Below, one piece after another: positions 33,486 through 35,574 of a stretch of 35,574 nucleotides of DNA. Position numbers and translations under genes: made by a program. This DNA is from a virus. Lineage: Duplodnaviria; Caudoviricetes. The notes under the pieces were generated by a model. That model saw only the letters and a program-made list of their open reading frames with translations. It was not told the DNA's origin and ran no database searches. The stretch covers positions 1-35,574 of IMG/VR virus record IMGVR_UViG_3300015203_000019, one strand, 5' to 3'. Every line of letters begins with the position of its first letter. Position 1 is the stretch's first letter.

Positions 33486-33647
33486 TCACAATTTCCCCAG
33501 AGCGATCCGCGTTAGTCTGTACTGCACGAAACAGACGACCGGGAGAGGGAGCAGTGAGGCCCACTCATGGCCGATGCTGAGTTCTCCCACCGCCGCCGCG
33601 AGCGCCAGCATCCCGAAAGCGCAAAGGTACCAAGGCTGCTGCAGCAT
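33486..33647 (-). CDS. Small two-TM protein
   Basis: ATG 33647 with GGAGGG RBS; MLQQPWYLCAFGMLALAAAVG...LLPLPVVCFVQY. Confidence 0.5.
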   Translation of the reverse strand: MLQQPWYLCAFGMLALAAAVGELSIGHEWASLLPLPVVCFVQYRLTRIALGKL

Positions 33648-33658
33648 CCTGCCCTCCT

Positions 33659-33895
33659 CTACTTCGACCGCATTAGTTTCTTGAGCGCGGCGTTCGCCTT
33701 GCGCGGCACGCGCACTTTGTGCGTTGTGCCGAACAGAGCGCGCGCCGCCATTATCCCGTCGCGGTAAGCCCAATCGCACGCCGATATTTCCTCGCCGCGT
33801 TTCTTTTTCATGCGCCGCCAAAACGCATCGATGCGCGCGTAGGCGATGGCGTCAACCGCTGCGTCTTCGATCTTGCTCACTATGTGGCTCCTCAT
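33659..33895 (-). CDS. Hypothetical protein
   Basis: ATGA coupling; 78 aa. Confidence 0.55.
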   Translation of the reverse strand: MRSHIVSKIEDAAVDAIAYARIDAFWRRMKKKRGEEISACDWAYRDGIMAARALFGTTHKVRVPRKANAALKKLMRSK

Positions 33896-34125
33896 ATTTG
33901 ATCGACCAATTCCACAAAGCTGGGGTGCAGCACGTGAACGTCCATGTAACCGTCGAACCTAACTCGCACGCACTTGCCGTCACGAGAGATGCCGACGATG
34001 GTGCCCTCTTTGCTCGCGATCCGTTCCTTTTTTACTTTGTCGTGCGCCCGGCTCGATGCGTATTGTTCGATGTACTTGAGTGACGGACGCACCCGCGTGC
34101 CCTTCAGATCAGGAACCAGTTTCAC
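33892..34125 (-). CDS. Small SH3-like hypothetical protein
   Basis: GTRVR...EGTIVGISRDGKCVRVRFDG...LHPSFVELV. Confidence 0.6.
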   Translation of the reverse strand: MKLVPDLKGTRVRPSLKYIEQYASSRAHDKVKKERIASKEGTIVGISRDGKCVRVRFDGYMDVHVLHPSFVELVDQI

Positions 34126-34134
34126 CCGTGCCCC

Positions 34135-34404
34135 CTAGCGTTCGTTGCCGATCCACTCATGCTGATGCTGCGGCGGTGCATTCTTTGCCAGCAGCGCCCT
34201 CGCCTGGCCGATGATGCTTGTCGGGGTCGCGTTCTCTGGGTGATGCCCCTTCGCATGCGCGTACCATTCCAGGCTCTCCAAGCAATCACGCAGCGTGCGC
34301 TCTAATTGCTCGATCCGCTGCTCTGCCTCACAAAGGCGACACACGTCTGCAAGTTCCTCATGCTCGCACAACCAGCCGTCATCTCTCATTGCTACGCGCG
34401 CCAT
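34135..34404 (-). CDS. Hypothetical protein (CxH...CxxC plus coiled coil)
   Basis: ATG 34404 with AAGGAGG RBS; LCEHEELADVCRLCEAEQRIEQLERTL. Confidence 0.6.
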   Translation of the reverse strand: MARVAMRDDGWLCEHEELADVCRLCEAEQRIEQLERTLRDCLESLEWYAHAKGHHPENATPTSIIGQARALLAKNAPPQHQHEWIGNER

Positions 34405-34414
34405 TCGTGCCTCC

Positions 34415-34657
34415 TTACGTTGACACTGCGCTGCCGAGCAGCGCGGTAATCTCCTTGCACAGGTCGCCATGCGGCTTTATTTCCTGCAGCGCCTTAAGCA
34501 GAGCAATCTCAAGATCGACGCGGCGCTTGAACGTGACATCGTAGGCGTGAGCGACTTCTTTCAGCCGCGCCTCTAGTTCGGCGATGCGTCGATCACGACG
34601 ATCAAGCGCTCCGTGGTACTCGTCCTGTGATACCCGCCCAGAGCTGTCCATTCCCAT
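34415..34657 (-). CDS. Small coiled-coil hypothetical protein
   Basis: GGAGGAGG RBS; RDRRIAELEARLKE. Confidence 0.6.
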   Translation of the reverse strand: MGMDSSGRVSQDEYHGALDRRDRRIAELEARLKEVAHAYDVTFKRRVDLEIALLKALQEIKPHGDLCKEITALLGSAVST

Positions 34658-34668
34658 GCCTCCTCCGG

Positions 34669-34914
34669 TTACACCTTCTCAATGATGATGTCGGGGCGGA
34701 ACCCCGGCTCGTCGATGACGCGATACCCGCTTCGCTCTGCGCTCGCGCGCACATCCACAGGGCACAGGCAGTGGGTCGCCATGCGGTTGACGCGCGTCGA
34801 TCTGTCGAGATGGCCGCCGGGGACGATTACGCGAAGATGCCGCGCGAGATCGCGCACAGTCTCCACGTAAAGCGACCGCAACCCCTTGCGCCTAATCTCG
34901 ACTTCCGTGCACAC
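34669..34914 (-). CDS. Hypothetical protein
   Basis: GTG 34914 with GGAGGAG RBS; 81 aa with HCLCPVD motif. Confidence 0.55.
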   Translation of the reverse strand: MCTEVEIRRKGLRSLYVETVRDLARHLRVIVPGGHLDRSTRVNRMATHCLCPVDVRASAERSGYRVIDEPGFRPDIIIEKV

Positions 34915-34930
34915 GTCGCGGCTCCTCCGC

Positions 34931-35161
34931 TTATGCACACGAGCATGCGCCGGGCGTTGGGCATCCGGCCGGCTCGCTGTTGTTGACGATCAGGCGCGGC
35001 TTGCTCAGAACTTCGCGTGCCCGCTCGACCGCCGCCTCGACTACAAACCGCCGCACGCTGATGCCTTGCAGGTTAGCCGCCTGCGCCGTAACTGGCGCCA
35101 GTGGCCTTCAGCGCAGCGATCCCGGCGCTGGTGCGGTGCGTTTGTACGGTGCGCCGGTCAC
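34931..35161 (-). pseudogene. DUF1778/TacA-like ribbon-helix-helix protein interrupted by an in-frame TGA
   Basis: GTG 35161 overlaps the cro2 stop; TGA at 35108-35110 (codon 18); same frame continues QAANLQGISVRRFVVEAAVERAREVL to TAA 34931. Confidence 0.55.
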
Positions 35162-35343
35162 TTCCCGTTCCCCTTCGCTGGGTTCTTTTCGATGTACGCA
35201 AGCAGGTGCTCCAGGGTCTCAATGCTCGCGCTCTTGTCGCGCACACGTTGGACGGCGCGGGCATTCGCGCATGCGAGTAGACCCAATCGGCTTTCTTTCA
35301 TGCCGCTCTGCTTCAGCCACTTGTCGATCTTGTCGAGCGCCAT
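35158..35343 (-). CDS. Second Cro-like HTH protein
   Basis: MALDKIDKWLKQSGMKESRLGLLA...VQRVRD aligns ungapped with the Cro at 24599-24826 (13 of 53 identical, counted by hand); start may be a few codons upstream. Confidence 0.7.
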   Translation of the reverse strand: MALDKIDKWLKQSGMKESRLGLLACANARAVQRVRDKSASIETLEHLLAYIEKNPAKGNGK

Positions 35344-35412
35344 TGCCACCAGGTTTCCTTCCTGCATCCGCTTCCCCCATGTCCCTGTCGGGCATAGAGT
35401 AGAGCGGCGGGA

Positions 35413-35477
35413 TTAACAACCATGTTGGCGACAACATTGACATATGTGTTGACAAGCGTCAAGCCAGTTGTTATGTT
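35413..35477. promoter_or_regulatory. Overlapping divergent sigma70-type promoters
   Basis: Plus: TTGACA (35449-35454)-17 nt-TATGTT (35472-35477); minus: TTGACG (35462-35457)-17 nt-CAATGT (35439-35434); CAAC/GTTG inverted motifs around them. Confidence 0.65.
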
Positions 35478-35574
35478 CGGGTCACTGGATAACGGAGAGC
35501 TGCTCCGCGAACTTGAATGGCAGATCAAAGAGCTTCGCGCTCGCAGACAGTAAGGAAGCCCCGACCGTTATGGG

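Noticed and set aside
33778-33794. Fifth CI operator (GATATTTCC core)
   Set aside because: The flanking TCG/CGA palindrome arms are missing and the site is inside a coding region
1-35574. Diversity-generating retroelement, retron or other RT-based system
   Set aside because: No reverse transcriptase motifs and no template/variable repeat pair seen

Overview
High-GC temperate siphophage (or prophage) of an alphaproteobacterial, probably Hyphomicrobiales/Rhizobiales-like, host. 1-18449 (minus strand): HK97-type late operon from terS/terL through portal, Mu gpF-like protein, prohead protease, major capsid, neck, tail tube, frameshifting chaperones, tape measure and tail tip. Terminase, portal, protease, capsid and tail tube resemble RcGTA-type gene transfer agent proteins, with several extra genes inserted. 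18531-24826 (minus): late-control region, outer-membrane beta-barrel gene, DUF1376 replication initiator with iterons, a large membrane protein and a Cro-like gene. 24840-25932: immunity switch with four copies of a 16-bp palindromic operator and a CI-like repressor whose autocleavage Ser and Ala-Gly site appear to be lost. 26000-32265 (plus): early-left operon with a DUF6948-like gene, HNH endonuclease, (Gly-X)51 repeat protein, RecT-like protein, xis and tyrosine integrase, followed by an att core matching the 3' half of tRNA-Cys(GCA) (32372-32420). 32440-35574: lower-GC cluster of tiny minus-strand ORFs headed by a second Cro-like gene with its own divergent promoters. The most interesting candidate system is a set of head-module proteins, chiefly a 406-aa ParB-like/coiled-coil/acidic-repeat protein, carrying recurring E-x-K motifs like those at the likely maturation sites of capsid and protease; this suggests protease-processed capsid cargo. 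All family assignments come from motif recognition by eye; no searches were run.
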